Assembly: GCF_000039765.1 (NCBI RefSeq)
Contig: NC_004459.3
Coordinates: 1,950,001 to 1,982,000, forward strand
Length of the DNA: 32,000 nucleotides
Reading direction: 5' to 3'
Source: Vibrio vulnificus CMCP6
GTDB lineage: Bacteria; Pseudomonadota; Gammaproteobacteria; Enterobacterales; Vibrionaceae
A program made the position numbers and the translations under genes. This document shows positions 9,973 through 18,726 of the stretch, piece after piece. Position 1 is the stretch's first letter. Every line of letters starts with the position of its first letter. The notes below the pieces were generated by a model, which made no database searches, was not told where the DNA came from, and saw nothing but the letters and a program-made list of their open reading frames with translations.

Positions 9973-11289
9973 TTAGAAGCGGTAGTTCGCTTGAACACCA
10001 ATTAGCCACACGTTACCCGTGGTTTCACCGACAAACTGACCGCCAATAGCTTGTGCTTTGTCATCCGATTCGTAACCACGTGATTCCTTAATTGGCGCAT
10101 CTTTCGCAATGATGTAGGTAAAGCCTGCGTCTAGTGTGAAGTTCTGAGTCCAATCGTAAGTTGCACCAACACTCAGCCAAGTACGATCCGTTTCTGGGAT
10201 GGTGATGGTACGGTTTTTGTCGCTCACGGCTGAGGTGTCATAAGCAATACCGGTTCTTAGTGCTAACTTAGGCTGTAATTGGTATGTCGCACCAACGGCA
10301 AAGCGGTAGTTGTCTTCCCAGTTTTCTACTTTCACCATCTGAGTCCCAGCTGTTTCCATATGGGCTTCCAATTTCTCGAAAGAGCTCCAGTCTGTCCAGT
10401 TGAAACTTGCATGCATAGCGATTTTTTCTGTCAACTGGTGGAAACTTGCTAGCTCTGCTGTTGCTGGCAAAGTAAGGTACATGTAACCATTATCGCGTGA
10501 TTTAGGGATAGTCGTACCAAACCCAAACCCAACACCTTCTGCATGACCTTCTAATTTCAGTTCAACTTCAGATTTGTAGGTAAAGCCAACACGGTGATTC
10601 TCATTGATCTGCCACGCAGAACCTACTTGCCAACCCCATGTGGTATCGTCACCTTCCATGTATTTTAACGTGGTGCCTTGTGGTAGGTTGAGGATGTTCG
10701 TTTTTGGTGCTGTAGCGCCAAAGCTACCTTCAGCAATAATGTAGCGAATACCGCCACCAATACTGAACTGTTCATTCAGTTGGTAAGCTAGGTTTAAGTT
10801 CGCTTCTTTACTGATTACGCTGGCTTCATTGCCGAAATGAGAGGCAGCGAAATCTTTGCCTAGGTCAGTTTCCATACCGTAGTTGGTGCCTAGTGCAAAA
10901 CCAATCGCAAGTTGGTCATTGTAACGATGTGAGATGTAAAGGTTTGGAATAACTGCGTCGTGCGCGAAGTCATCAGATGCAGAATCAGTGACTGCAACAG
11001 TTTGTCCGGTTGCTGGGTGTTGAAGCGTAGTGGTGCCTTTAACATCAATATTTGGGTTTACATAAATCGCGCCAACAGATACTTGTGTACCCTCTAGGTA
11101 GGTCAGCATCGCTGGGTTACGCCATTGTGCGCTTGCGTTGTCTGCCATCGCTGCTTCACCAGCGTATGCGCGGCCAAGGCCTGTTGCCGAGTATTCTGCT
11201 AGCTGGAAGCCTGCTGCATTTGCAAGATTTGCACTAGAAAGTAGGCCAAAAGCGACTGCTGTTGATAGAAGAGTCTTGTTGGTTTTCAT
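9973..11289 (-). CDS. fadL: Outer-membrane long-chain fatty acid transporter FadL family (copy 1)
   Basis: Signal peptide, then AGFQLAEYSATGLGRAYAGEAAMADNASAQWRNPAML; C-terminal F. I place the start at Met25 of the listed ORF (MKTNKTLLSTAVAFG). Confidence 0.9.
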   Translation of the reverse strand: MKTNKTLLSTAVAFGLLSSANLANAAGFQLAEYSATGLGRAYAGEAAMADNASAQWRNPAMLTYLEGTQVSVGAIYVNPNIDVKGTTTLQHPATGQTVAVTDSASDDFAHDAVIPNLYISHRYNDQLAIGFALGTNYGMETDLGKDFAASHFGNEASVISKEANLNLAYQLNEQFSIGGGIRYIIAEGSFGATAPKTNILNLPQGTTLKYMEGDDTTWGWQVGSAWQINENHRVGFTYKSEVELKLEGHAEGVGFGFGTTIPKSRDNGYMYLTLPATAELASFHQLTEKIAMHASFNWTDWSSFEKLEAHMETAGTQMVKVENWEDNYRFAVGATYQLQPKLALRTGIAYDTSAVSDKNRTITIPETDRTWLSVGATYDWTQNFTLDAGFTYIIAKDAPIKESRGYESDDKAQAIGGQFVGETTGNVWLIGVQANYRF

Positions 11290-11529
11290 TATGTTTGTTC
11301 GCTGAATAAGTGAATATGTGGGGACGAATTGTAGATCTAGAGCAAAAGCTTTAAAAACCAAATGCCAATAAAACAGTGTATTCAGACTAATTAACTATAA
11401 AAACGATACTGGATGATTGAATATGCTATTTGTTATCGGCTTGTTTTGAAATTTGAGCGTACACGCGTGTAATGAAATGGCCAATCCAGCAAACAGTTGT
11501 GCTCTGAAATAGTGAGATATAGAAGGGAA

Positions 11530-11562
11530 AATAAAGAAAAAGGGCTGGTAGACCAGCCCTTT
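11530..11562 (-). terminator. Rho-independent terminator downstream of fadL2
   Basis: AAAGGGCTGGT-ag-ACCAGCCCTTT. On the minus strand it is followed by TTTCTTTATTTT. Confidence 0.82.
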
Positions 11563-11589
11563 AGCACAGAGGTTTTCTCTAATTTTCTA

Positions 11590-12816
11590 TTAGAAAGTAC
11601 GGCTATATTGTAAGCCGAACAAGATAGCGTCTGCGTGAGTTGTAGCCGTTAGTGATGACACGCCAGCAGTAGATTCATTAACCTTAACATCGTCACCCAT
11701 CAGGTAGGTAAAACCAAAGTCAATGTTAGACTTAGTATCAATGTGGTAAGTAAAACCAGTAGATAGCCATTGACGATCTGAGTCAGGCACTGAAACTGAT
11801 GTTAGTGAATCTTGTGCACTAGTGTCATACATATAACCCGCACGTAGCGTCCAGTCTTTGTTTAGGTAGTAAGTACCACCAATAGCGTAGTGCCAACCAT
11901 CTTGCCATTCATAAGCTTTGTCGTAGCTTGCACCGATTGCTGGTGAATTGTCTTTTAAGTTACGGAACTCAATTTTATCAAACGTGCCCCAGCCAATGTA
12001 TTGGATAGAGTAGTGAACCGCAAACTTGGTGTCGGTAATTTTGTGGTAACCCGAAAACTCCGCCATATCTGGTAGTGGTAGAGTGATCTTTTGGCCTTTG
12101 TCATCTTCCGCTTCCATTTCTGGGCTGTAGCGGTAAGAGAAACCAAAACGGTTGTTTTCATCTAGTTCAAATACAGTACCCACATTGAAACCAACAGCCC
12201 AGCCGTCTGCTTTGTCTACGTCGACTAAAGTGCCGATTAGAGCATGTTCACGTTTCATTGTGCCTTGGCCGTAGATGATGTCTAAACCAGCACCGAAGCT
12301 CCATTGCTCGTTAAGGCGATATGAACCTGCTAAGCCAAAGTTGGCGCTTTTCACATCCGTCAAGCCGCCGTATTCACGCGCAACGAAACTGTCATCAAAC
12401 TCAGTTTTAGTACCAAAGTTTGAATAAGCATTAACACCCCAAGCAAACTTATCGTTTACTGGCATGATAAAGTGAATATTTGGCGCAATAGAAGTATCAC
12501 CAGCGTCATCATAGTTCGATTCTTTACCCGCTGGAGCTGTTAAGCCTTGGTACCTTGCATCCTTCACTTCAATCATTGAAGTGATGCTTTCAAAACCAAG
12601 CGATAGGGCTTTTTCATCAAAAAGCGCCATAGCGGCTGGGTTACGTGCCATAACGGCGGCGTTATCTGCAATGACTGCATCACCGGCGAATGCGCGGCCG
12701 ATACCTGTTGCAGATTGTGCATTAAGTTGGAAACCTGCTGCCATTGTTTGGCCTGAAGCCAATGCAACAGTCACTGCTAGGAGAGACTTTTTAAACAGAC
12801 GCATGTTCTGAGTCAT
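11590..12816 (-). CDS. fadL: Outer-membrane long-chain fatty acid transporter FadL family (copy 2)
   Basis: Signal peptide, then AAGFQLNAQSATGIGRAFAGDAVIADNAAVMARNPAAMALFD. Start at Met45 (MTQNMRLFKKSLL) has an upstream AAAAAGGAATAA ribosome-binding site. Confidence 0.9.
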   Translation of the reverse strand: MTQNMRLFKKSLLAVTVALASGQTMAAGFQLNAQSATGIGRAFAGDAVIADNAAVMARNPAAMALFDEKALSLGFESITSMIEVKDARYQGLTAPAGKESNYDDAGDTSIAPNIHFIMPVNDKFAWGVNAYSNFGTKTEFDDSFVAREYGGLTDVKSANFGLAGSYRLNEQWSFGAGLDIIYGQGTMKREHALIGTLVDVDKADGWAVGFNVGTVFELDENNRFGFSYRYSPEMEAEDDKGQKITLPLPDMAEFSGYHKITDTKFAVHYSIQYIGWGTFDKIEFRNLKDNSPAIGASYDKAYEWQDGWHYAIGGTYYLNKDWTLRAGYMYDTSAQDSLTSVSVPDSDRQWLSTGFTYHIDTKSNIDFGFTYLMGDDVKVNESTAGVSSLTATTHADAILFGLQYSRTF

Positions 12817-12907
12817 TTGATTATTCCTTTTTGTTGCCGCCTCTAAATGGGCGTTGTTTTTGAGCAATTGCTCAGTGGTGGCTGATCCTAGTCGTAAGAG
12901 TAGCAGA

Positions 12908-12924
12908 TACAAATCCGACCATTG
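12908..12924 (-). promoter_or_regulatory. Candidate FadR operator upstream of fadL2
   Basis: Minus strand TCAATGGTCGGATTTGT carries the core TGGTC-N-GA. By hand count about 11 of 16 positions agree with an AACTGGTC-N-GACCWGTT-like consensus. Confidence 0.4.
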
Positions 12925-13052
12925 ACCTAAAATGGGTGAAAATTGCAAAACTGGCGGTTATCTGGCAGGAAATGGCGGCTAAAGCGCATAAAATAGAGTT
13001 TTAACTCTACCGATATGAGTTTGGTGAATGGTTCTGTGAGGATTAATAATGT

Positions 13053-13088
13053 AAAAAGCCGCAAGTTAGCAGTAACTTGCGGCTTTTG
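13053..13088 (-). terminator. Terminator downstream of the ECF sigma/anti-sigma operon
   Basis: AAAAGCCGCAAGTTA-gcag-TAACTTGCGGCTTTT, perfect 15-bp stem with flanking A/T runs. Confidence 0.88.
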
Positions 13089-13103
13089 TCGGCGAAATGC
13101 TGA

Positions 13104-13835
13104 CTAAACGAGAGGTTTAATCATAGGTGCGAGTTTTTCAGCAAATTTCTTGGTGTCTTCGCCATTTTCTCCCACCAAGATCAAGCTGGTATCACCAATA
13201 GGAACGATAATGCCATTCATCCCGTCTTTGGCGAAATCAGCTTCTGCTGGGCTCTTAATTGGGGCGATAAACAGCGTGATCTTGCCTTTATCTCCCTGGA
13301 AAATCATATGCAATGCATTGGCATGGCCAAAACCACAGTGATTCAGGTAATAAACGTGGTATGGGAAGTTTGCATCAAAGTAGTAATCCAGTGGCGATAA
13401 TTTGGCGTTGATCTGTACGGAGGTCACTTGCTCATCGATGTGTCGCACAAAGCCACTTTCTGCGACCACGTGTTTCATTGCCGTATCTGCCAAGCTTGCT
13501 TGTGCAGGTGGCACAATGAGGTTACCCCAGTTAATTTGACCGACCAATAGGCCTGCAGTGAAGGCAAATGAAGCGGCTAGCGCCATTGCTTTACGGACGA
13601 AATTTGGTCTGACAATTTTATCATCACTCGCGTAAGACGTTTGTTTAAACAAGATTTTGTCAACAAGCTCTTCAGGCACATCCACTTTCATTGCTTGTTT
13701 GATTTGCGCATCCAAATCCAGCACATCTTCAGCAAATTTTGCATTGGAATCGCTGCTGTTGAGCGCTTGCAAAACTTCTTCGTCACGGCTTTTCGGGTCC
13801 GACAAAATACGGCGACGAAATTCTAAATCATCCAT
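13104..13835 (-). CDS. DUF3379-like putative membrane anti-sigma factor
   Basis: 243 aa. N-terminal cytoplasmic helical region (MDDLEFRRRILSDPKSRDEEV), single TM (AMALAASFAFTAGLLVGQI), periplasmic C-terminus. Overlaps the end of the sigma gene. Confidence 0.75.
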   Translation of the reverse strand: MDDLEFRRRILSDPKSRDEEVLQALNSSDSNAKFAEDVLDLDAQIKQAMKVDVPEELVDKILFKQTSYASDDKIVRPNFVRKAMALAASFAFTAGLLVGQINWGNLIVPPAQASLADTAMKHVVAESGFVRHIDEQVTSVQINAKLSPLDYYFDANFPYHVYYLNHCGFGHANALHMIFQGDKGKITLFIAPIKSPAEADFAKDGMNGIIVPIGDTSLILVGENGEDTKKFAEKLAPMIKPLV

Positions 13836-14403
13836 TTTTTTGCCCCCTTTGAGTTTGGTCTGAGTCTAACAGCTCTTTCAACTGATTTCTTGCGCGAAAC
13901 AGACGTGTCATTACCGTATTTTTATTGAGATCAAGGATGTCTCCGATCTCTTCACCGCTAAATCCCCCCACAACTTGGAGAAACAGTGGCTCACGATATT
14001 CCACATCTAACTTCATAATTTGCGCTTGCAACCATTCTTGCTGGTGGTGTTCATCATCAGTGACTTTGGCATCATTGCCATAGTCATCAATATCCACGAG
14101 GTCGAACTGTTTTCTTTCAAAACGACGTGCATTCTCTCGTCTCAAAATCGTAATGAGCCAAGATTTTGCGGCTTTTTCATCTTGTAGGCTATCTAGAGAT
14201 TTCCACGCTCTAAGGCAGGTCTCTTGCACAAGATCTTCGGCAATGGATTGATCTTTGCAAAGCCAGTAAGCGTAACGGTACAAATCTCGATGATAGGCTC
14301 GTACAAGTGCTTCGTATTTTCTTTGTCTGTCCATTTCCGTATTGACCGGAGTGTCAGACGTTTTCTTTCGGAATAATTCAAATATTGCCACAGAAGCCTC
14401 CAT
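13828..14403 (-). CDS. ECF-type RNA polymerase sigma factor (sigma-70 region 2/4)
   Basis: ALVRAYHRDLYRYAYWLCKDQSIAEDLVQETCLRAWKSL (region 2) and LDVEYREPLFLQVVGGFSGEEIGDILDLNKNTVMTRLFRARNQLKELL (region 4). Start uncertain: 14403 or 14334 preferred over 14469. Confidence 0.9.
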   Translation of the reverse strand: MEASVAIFELFRKKTSDTPVNTEMDRQRKYEALVRAYHRDLYRYAYWLCKDQSIAEDLVQETCLRAWKSLDSLQDEKAAKSWLITILRRENARRFERKQFDLVDIDDYGNDAKVTDDEHHQQEWLQAQIMKLDVEYREPLFLQVVGGFSGEEIGDILDLNKNTVMTRLFRARNQLKELLDSDQTQRGQKNG

Positions 14404-14827
14404 ACCTGCTCTGTGTGGGAATAGGAATGCATTTTTAATCGTATGATTCCTATCTGTTTTATCAATCAAGCGAGCCCGACACTTAGTCTAACGTAAATAT
14501 TGATAAAAGAAATATTACAATTATCTGTTGTATAACAAACAAGATTTTGATTCCGCTTTAACGTCGGAACCCCTTTGGACCTTATTGTTGAAGAAGAGTT
14601 CTATTTAGCATATCGATAATTTTACACCTAAATGGGACGAAAACTGGGCGTAAAGTGGTGTTAGCGCTCTTTCGTAAGCGAAGAAGGATAGAAATAAAGT
14701 GCAATTTAGATGATAAAGATCAGGGAAAGTCAGGAATAACGCTTTGTATACGCACCAGTTAGCGCTAAATCACCATAAAATTGATCTAATTCAAAATCTG
14801 TAGCGACAAACTGGCTATAGTAAACCC

Positions 14828-14990
14828 TGTCATCTAGTTAACCCTTTGGGTTAGCGTGTTGAGCAAGATGACACTTCCTTTTGAAGGCTGACTTTACTTT
14901 CTCCTAATCAGGAAACTGATTATTTTCAATTGGCGTAAGTTAATTGTTTTATACCAATTCCAACCACACAGTATTGTGTGGTTTTTTTTT
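14828..14990 (+). ncRNA. Candidate intergenic structured sRNA
   Basis: A -10-like TATAGT lies at 14816-14821. The predicted 5' end starts an 8-bp stem TGTCATCT (14828-14835)/AGATGACA (14866-14873) enclosing a TAACCC-ttt-GGGTTA hairpin (14839-14853). A second AATTGG/CCAATT pairing spans 14928-14959, and the region ends in a strong terminator. No + strand ORF is present. Confidence 0.45.
14962..14990 (+). terminator. Strong orphan Rho-independent terminator with no upstream CDS on this strand
   Basis: AACCACACA-gtat-TGTGTGGTT followed by an uninterrupted T-run. Confidence 0.85.
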
Positions 14991-15115
14991 GCCTCTCAAC
15001 TACCTGCCGTTGACATTCTGATTAATAATTGTCTGTAAGTTATTGAAATAAAAATAAGCTTGCAGAGGGATTAGAATAATAGATCTACTAACCTCACGTT
15101 TATTTAAACGCATGT

Positions 15116-15143
15116 TTGATAAATTTAACAAACTGATTACAAT
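15116..15143 (+). promoter_or_regulatory. Predicted sigma-70 promoter of fadIJ
   Basis: TTGATA (15116-15121), N16, TACAAT (15138-15143), giving a start site near 15150. Confidence 0.6.
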
Positions 15144-15145
15144 GC

Positions 15146-15162
15146 ATCAGGTCAGACCTCTT
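15146..15162 (+). promoter_or_regulatory. FadR-like operator overlapping the predicted fadI start site
   Basis: ATCAGGTCAGACCTCTT with the symmetric core AGGTC-A-GACCT (15149-15159). Confidence 0.7.
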
Positions 15163-15179
15163 GTTATTAAGGAGAAACA

Positions 15180-16487
15180 ATGGGCAAGCAGGAAGTGAAA
15201 ACACGTCAGGGCGAGCGTGTTGCTATCGTCGCGGGGTTAAGAACTCCCTTCGCTCGTCAAAGTACAGAATTTAGTCAGGTGCCAGCTGTCGACCTAGGAA
15301 AAATGGTTGTTAGCGATTTGTTAGCGCGTACTGATATTGATCCGAAGCTGATTGAGCAAGTGGTGTTTGGCCAAGTAGTTCAAATGCCGGAAGCGCCAAA
15401 CATTGCCCGTGAAATCGTGCTGGGGACGGGGATGAACATTCATACGGATGCCTACAGTGTCACCAGAGCGTGTGCCACCAGTTTCCAATCTGCGGTGAAC
15501 GTGGCAGAAAGTATTATGGCCGGAGCGATTGATATTGGTATTGCCGGTGGTGCGGATTCTTCTTCTGTCTTGCCTATCGGTGTCTCGAAAAAGCTTGCCG
15601 CGAGTTTGTTGGCGTTAAGCAAAACCAAGACGTTGGGTCAAAAACTGAAAGTGCTTTCTGGTTTAGGACTGAAAGATCTCATGCCGGTACCCCCTGCTGT
15701 GGCGGAGTATTCTACAGGGCTTTCCATGGGCCAAACCGCAGAGCAAATGGCAAAAACGCATGGCATCACGCGTGCGGAGCAAGATGCGCTGGCGCATCGT
15801 TCTCACACGTTAGCGTCGCAAGCGTGGCGTGACGGCAAGATTGCCGGAGAGGTGATGACGGCATTCCCAGAACCCTATAAGAAGTGGATTGCGGAAGACA
15901 ACAATATTCGTCATGACTCTACCTTAGAAGGCTATGCCAAACTTCGTCCAGCGTTTGACCGTCAATATGGCAGTGTGACCGCAGCAAACAGTACACCGTT
16001 AACCGATGGTGCTGCTGCGGTGTTGTTGATGCGTGAAGGCCGTGCCAAAGAATTAGGTATGGAGATCCTTGGTTACATCCGTGGCTACGCTTTCTCAGCG
16101 ATCGGCGTTGAGAGCGATATGCTAATGGGCCCCTCTTACGCCACGTCGAAAGTTCTACAAAGTACAGGTTTAGCGCTTTCTGATCTCACTCTTATTGATA
16201 TGCATGAGGCGTTTGCAGCGCAGGCACTGGCGAACGTGAAAATGTTTGCTTCAGATAAATTTGCTCAAGAGAATCTTGGCCGTTCAAAAGCGATGGGTGA
16301 GATTGATATGGACAAGTTTAATGTGCTCGGCGGTTCCATTGCTTATGGTCACCCTTTTGCTGCAACGGGCGCACGCATGATGACGCAAACGTTGCGTGAG
16401 TTGAAACGTCGTGGCGGTGGCTTAGCGCTGAACACGGCTTGTGCGGCTGGTGGTCTGGGTGCTGCGATGATTCTGGAGGTTGAATAA
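15180..16487 (+). CDS. fadI: Acetyl-CoA C-acyltransferase (3-ketoacyl-CoA thiolase) FadI
   Basis: Thiolase motifs [21 protein letters not shown] and [21 protein letters not shown]-terminal [18 protein letters not shown]; next to fadJ. Confidence 0.97.
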   Translation: MGKQEVKTRQGERVAIVAGLRTPFARQSTEFSQVPAVDLGKMVVSDLLARTDIDPKLIEQVVFGQVVQMPEAPNIAREIVLGTGMNIHTDAYSVTRACATSFQSAVNVAESIMAGAIDIGIAGGADSSSVLPIGVSKKLAASLLALSKTKTLGQKLKVLSGLGLKDLMPVPPAVAEYSTGLSMGQTAEQMAKTHGITRAEQDALAHRSHTLASQAWRDGKIAGEVMTAFPEPYKKWIAEDNNIRHDSTLEGYAKLRPAFDRQYGSVTAANSTPLTDGAAAVLLMREGRAKELGMEILGYIRGYAFSAIGVESDMLMGPSYATSKVLQSTGLALSDLTLIDMHEAFAAQALANVKMFASDKFAQENLGRSKAMGEIDMDKFNVLGGSIAYGHPFAATGARMMTQTLRELKRRGGGLALNTACAAGGLGAAMILEVE

Positions 16488-18604
16488 TGAGTGAGCAAAA
16501 AGCGTTTAATCTAAAGATTGATGAGCAGAACATTGCGTGGCTTGGCATTGATGTTCCAAACGAAAAAATGAATACCCTTCAAGCGGCTTTTGCCGATGAA
16601 ATGAAGGCGATTTTTGCTCAACTGAAAGACAGCAGCGGCCTGAAAGGGCTGATCGTGCATTCGTTGAAACCTGACAACTTTGTTGCAGGCGCGGATGTGC
16701 GAATGCTAGAAGCGTGCAAAACAGCGCCAGAAGCAGAAGCCCTTGCACGCCAAGGACAAGAGTTATTTCAACAACTTTCTGATTTGCCTTATCCAGTGGT
16801 GGCTGCAATCCACGGCCCGTGTCTGGGTGGCGGCTTGGAATTGGCGTTAGCGTGTGACTTCCGTGTGTGTAGTGACGATGACGCCACTCGTCTTGGTTTA
16901 CCAGAAGTCCAGCTTGGTCTATTACCGGGCTCTGGTGGTACTCAGCGTCTCCCTCGTTTGATTGGTCTTCTTCCTTCATTGGATCTTATCCTGACGGGTA
17001 AACAGCTTCGAGCCAACAAAGCCAAAAAATTGGGCGTTGTTGATGCCTGCGTGCCACAAACTATTTTGTTGGATGTGGCAAAGCAGTTTGTTGAAAAAGG
17101 CAAGAAGCGCGCAAAACAAAAAGTGACGACAAAAGAGAAATTGCTCTCTGGGAGTGGGCTAGGGCGTAAGTTTGTGTTTGAACAAGCGGCGAAAAAAACG
17201 CACGAAAAAACACGTGGTAACTACCCTGCGACTGTCGCCATTTTGCAAGTCATCCAGCATGGCCTTGAAAAAGGAATGAAACAGGGCTTGGAGCTGGAAG
17301 CGAAGCGCTTTGGTGAGTTGGTCATGAGCAACGAGTCGAAGGCTTTGCGTTCGATTTTCTTTGCCACCACGGAAATGAAAAAAGAAACGGGCAGTGAAGC
17401 AAAACCAAGTAAAGTCGGAATGGTCGGCGTACTTGGCGGCGGCTTGATGGGTGCGGGTATCAGTCATGTCAGTGTGGCAAAAGCCAAAGTGCCAGTACGC
17501 ATTAAAGACGTCAGCAATGACGGCGTGCTGAACGCCTTGAAATACAACTACAAGTTGTTTGATAAGCAGCGCAAACGTCGCATTCTCTCCAAGGCGCAAC
17601 TGCAGAGCAAAATGCTGCAATTGAGCGGAGGAACCGATTTCACCAGCTTTAACCGTACCGACGTGGTAATTGAAGCGGTCTTTGAAGATCTGTCGCTCAA
17701 GCAACAAATGGTGGCGGATATTGAAGCAAATGCGAAGCCGGAGACTATCTTCGCGACCAATACCTCTTCTTTGCCAATTCATAAAATTGCCGAGAAGGCG
17801 CAGAGGCCTGAGAACATTGTGGGTTTGCACTACTTTAGCCCAGTAGAGAAAATGCCCTTGGTGGAAGTCATTCCGCATGAATCAACGTCGGAAGAAACCA
17901 TTGCCACGGTGGTCGCTTTGGCGAAGAAACAAGGCAAAACGCCGATTGTGGTGAAAGATCAAGCGGGTTTCTATGTGAACCGAATTCTTGCGCCGTACAT
18001 GAATGAATCTGCACACATTTTGCTAGCAAATGAGCCGATCGATAAGATCGATACCGCATTATTGGATTTTGGCTTCCCTGTCGGTCCAATTACGTTGCTG
18101 GATGAAGTGGGTGTAGATATTGGTGCGAAGATCATGCCTATCCTTGTCGCTGAGTTGGGTGCTCGCTTTAAAGGGCCGGATGTGTTTGATGTGCTTCTCA
18201 ATGATGGCCGCAAAGGTCGCAAGAGCGGAAAAGGCTTCTACACCTATAAAGGCAAGAAGAAAGAAGTGGATAAGTCCGTTTACAAACTGCTGAAACTCAC
18301 CCCAGAGTCGAAGCTGAGCGACAATGACATTGCGCTGCGTTGTGTGTTGCCAATGCTCAACGAAGCGGTACGCTGTTTGGATGATGGCATTATTCGTTCT
18401 CCTCGTGATGGCGACATTGGGGCTATTTTTGGTATCGGTTTCCCTCCTTTCTTAGGTGGCCCGTTCCGTTATATGGACCAATTTGGTTTGAAGGAACTGG
18501 TAGAGAAAATGAACCAATTCGCTGAGAAATATGGCGATCGCTTTGCGCCGTGTGATGGTTTACTCACGCGTGCGGGAGAAGGACGTCGTTTCTATGACAA
18601 CTAG
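16487..18604 (+). CDS. fadJ: Fatty acid oxidation complex subunit alpha FadJ
   Basis: Enoyl-CoA hydratase [18 protein letters not shown] plus 3-hydroxyacyl-CoA dehydrogenase [15 protein letters not shown]; 705 aa. Start overlaps the fadI stop by 1 nt. Confidence 0.97.
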   Translation: MSEQKAFNLKIDEQNIAWLGIDVPNEKMNTLQAAFADEMKAIFAQLKDSSGLKGLIVHSLKPDNFVAGADVRMLEACKTAPEAEALARQGQELFQQLSDLPYPVVAAIHGPCLGGGLELALACDFRVCSDDDATRLGLPEVQLGLLPGSGGTQRLPRLIGLLPSLDLILTGKQLRANKAKKLGVVDACVPQTILLDVAKQFVEKGKKRAKQKVTTKEKLLSGSGLGRKFVFEQAAKKTHEKTRGNYPATVAILQVIQHGLEKGMKQGLELEAKRFGELVMSNESKALRSIFFATTEMKKETGSEAKPSKVGMVGVLGGGLMGAGISHVSVAKAKVPVRIKDVSNDGVLNALKYNYKLFDKQRKRRILSKAQLQSKMLQLSGGTDFTSFNRTDVVIEAVFEDLSLKQQMVADIEANAKPETIFATNTSSLPIHKIAEKAQRPENIVGLHYFSPVEKMPLVEVIPHESTSEETIATVVALAKKQGKTPIVVKDQAGFYVNRILAPYMNESAHILLANEPIDKIDTALLDFGFPVGPITLLDEVGVDIGAKIMPILVAELGARFKGPDVFDVLLNDGRKGRKSGKGFYTYKGKKKEVDKSVYKLLKLTPESKLSDNDIALRCVLPMLNEAVRCLDDGIIRSPRDGDIGAIFGIGFPPFLGGPFRYMDQFGLKELVEKMNQFAEKYGDRFAPCDGLLTRAGEGRRFYDN

Positions 18605-18641
18605 TTTCTAAACCAGCCAATGGTTTAGTGCAAAAAGTAAC

Positions 18642-18670
18642 ACAGGCTACTCTCGGGTAGCCTGTTTTTG
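18642..18670 (+). terminator. fadIJ terminator
   Basis: ACAGGCTAC-tctcgg-GTAGCCTGT followed by TTTTG. Confidence 0.82.
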
Positions 18671-18726
18671 TTTGCTTCTTTGTTGCCTGCTTGTTTCTTT
18701 GCTCAATATCTAACCCAGATTGAGTG

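Noticed and set aside
9973-12816. Possible recent duplication or recombination between the two fadL genes
   Set aside because: The proteins align only in hatch and barrel motifs and differ in length and loops, so this is an old paralogy rather than a recent repeat.
14951-14961. TATACCAATTCC motif before the orphan terminator
   Set aside because: I considered it as part of a dispersed Vibrio intergenic repeat, but only one copy is visible here and no element boundaries or terminal repeats can be defined.
16506-16979. 157-aa minus-strand ORF inside fadJ
   Set aside because: Antisense shadow ORF over the enoyl-CoA hydratase domain; no start signal or domain support.
17159-17878. 239-aa minus-strand ORF inside fadJ
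   Set aside because: Antisense shadow ORF of the fadJ coding sequence with no recognisable domain.
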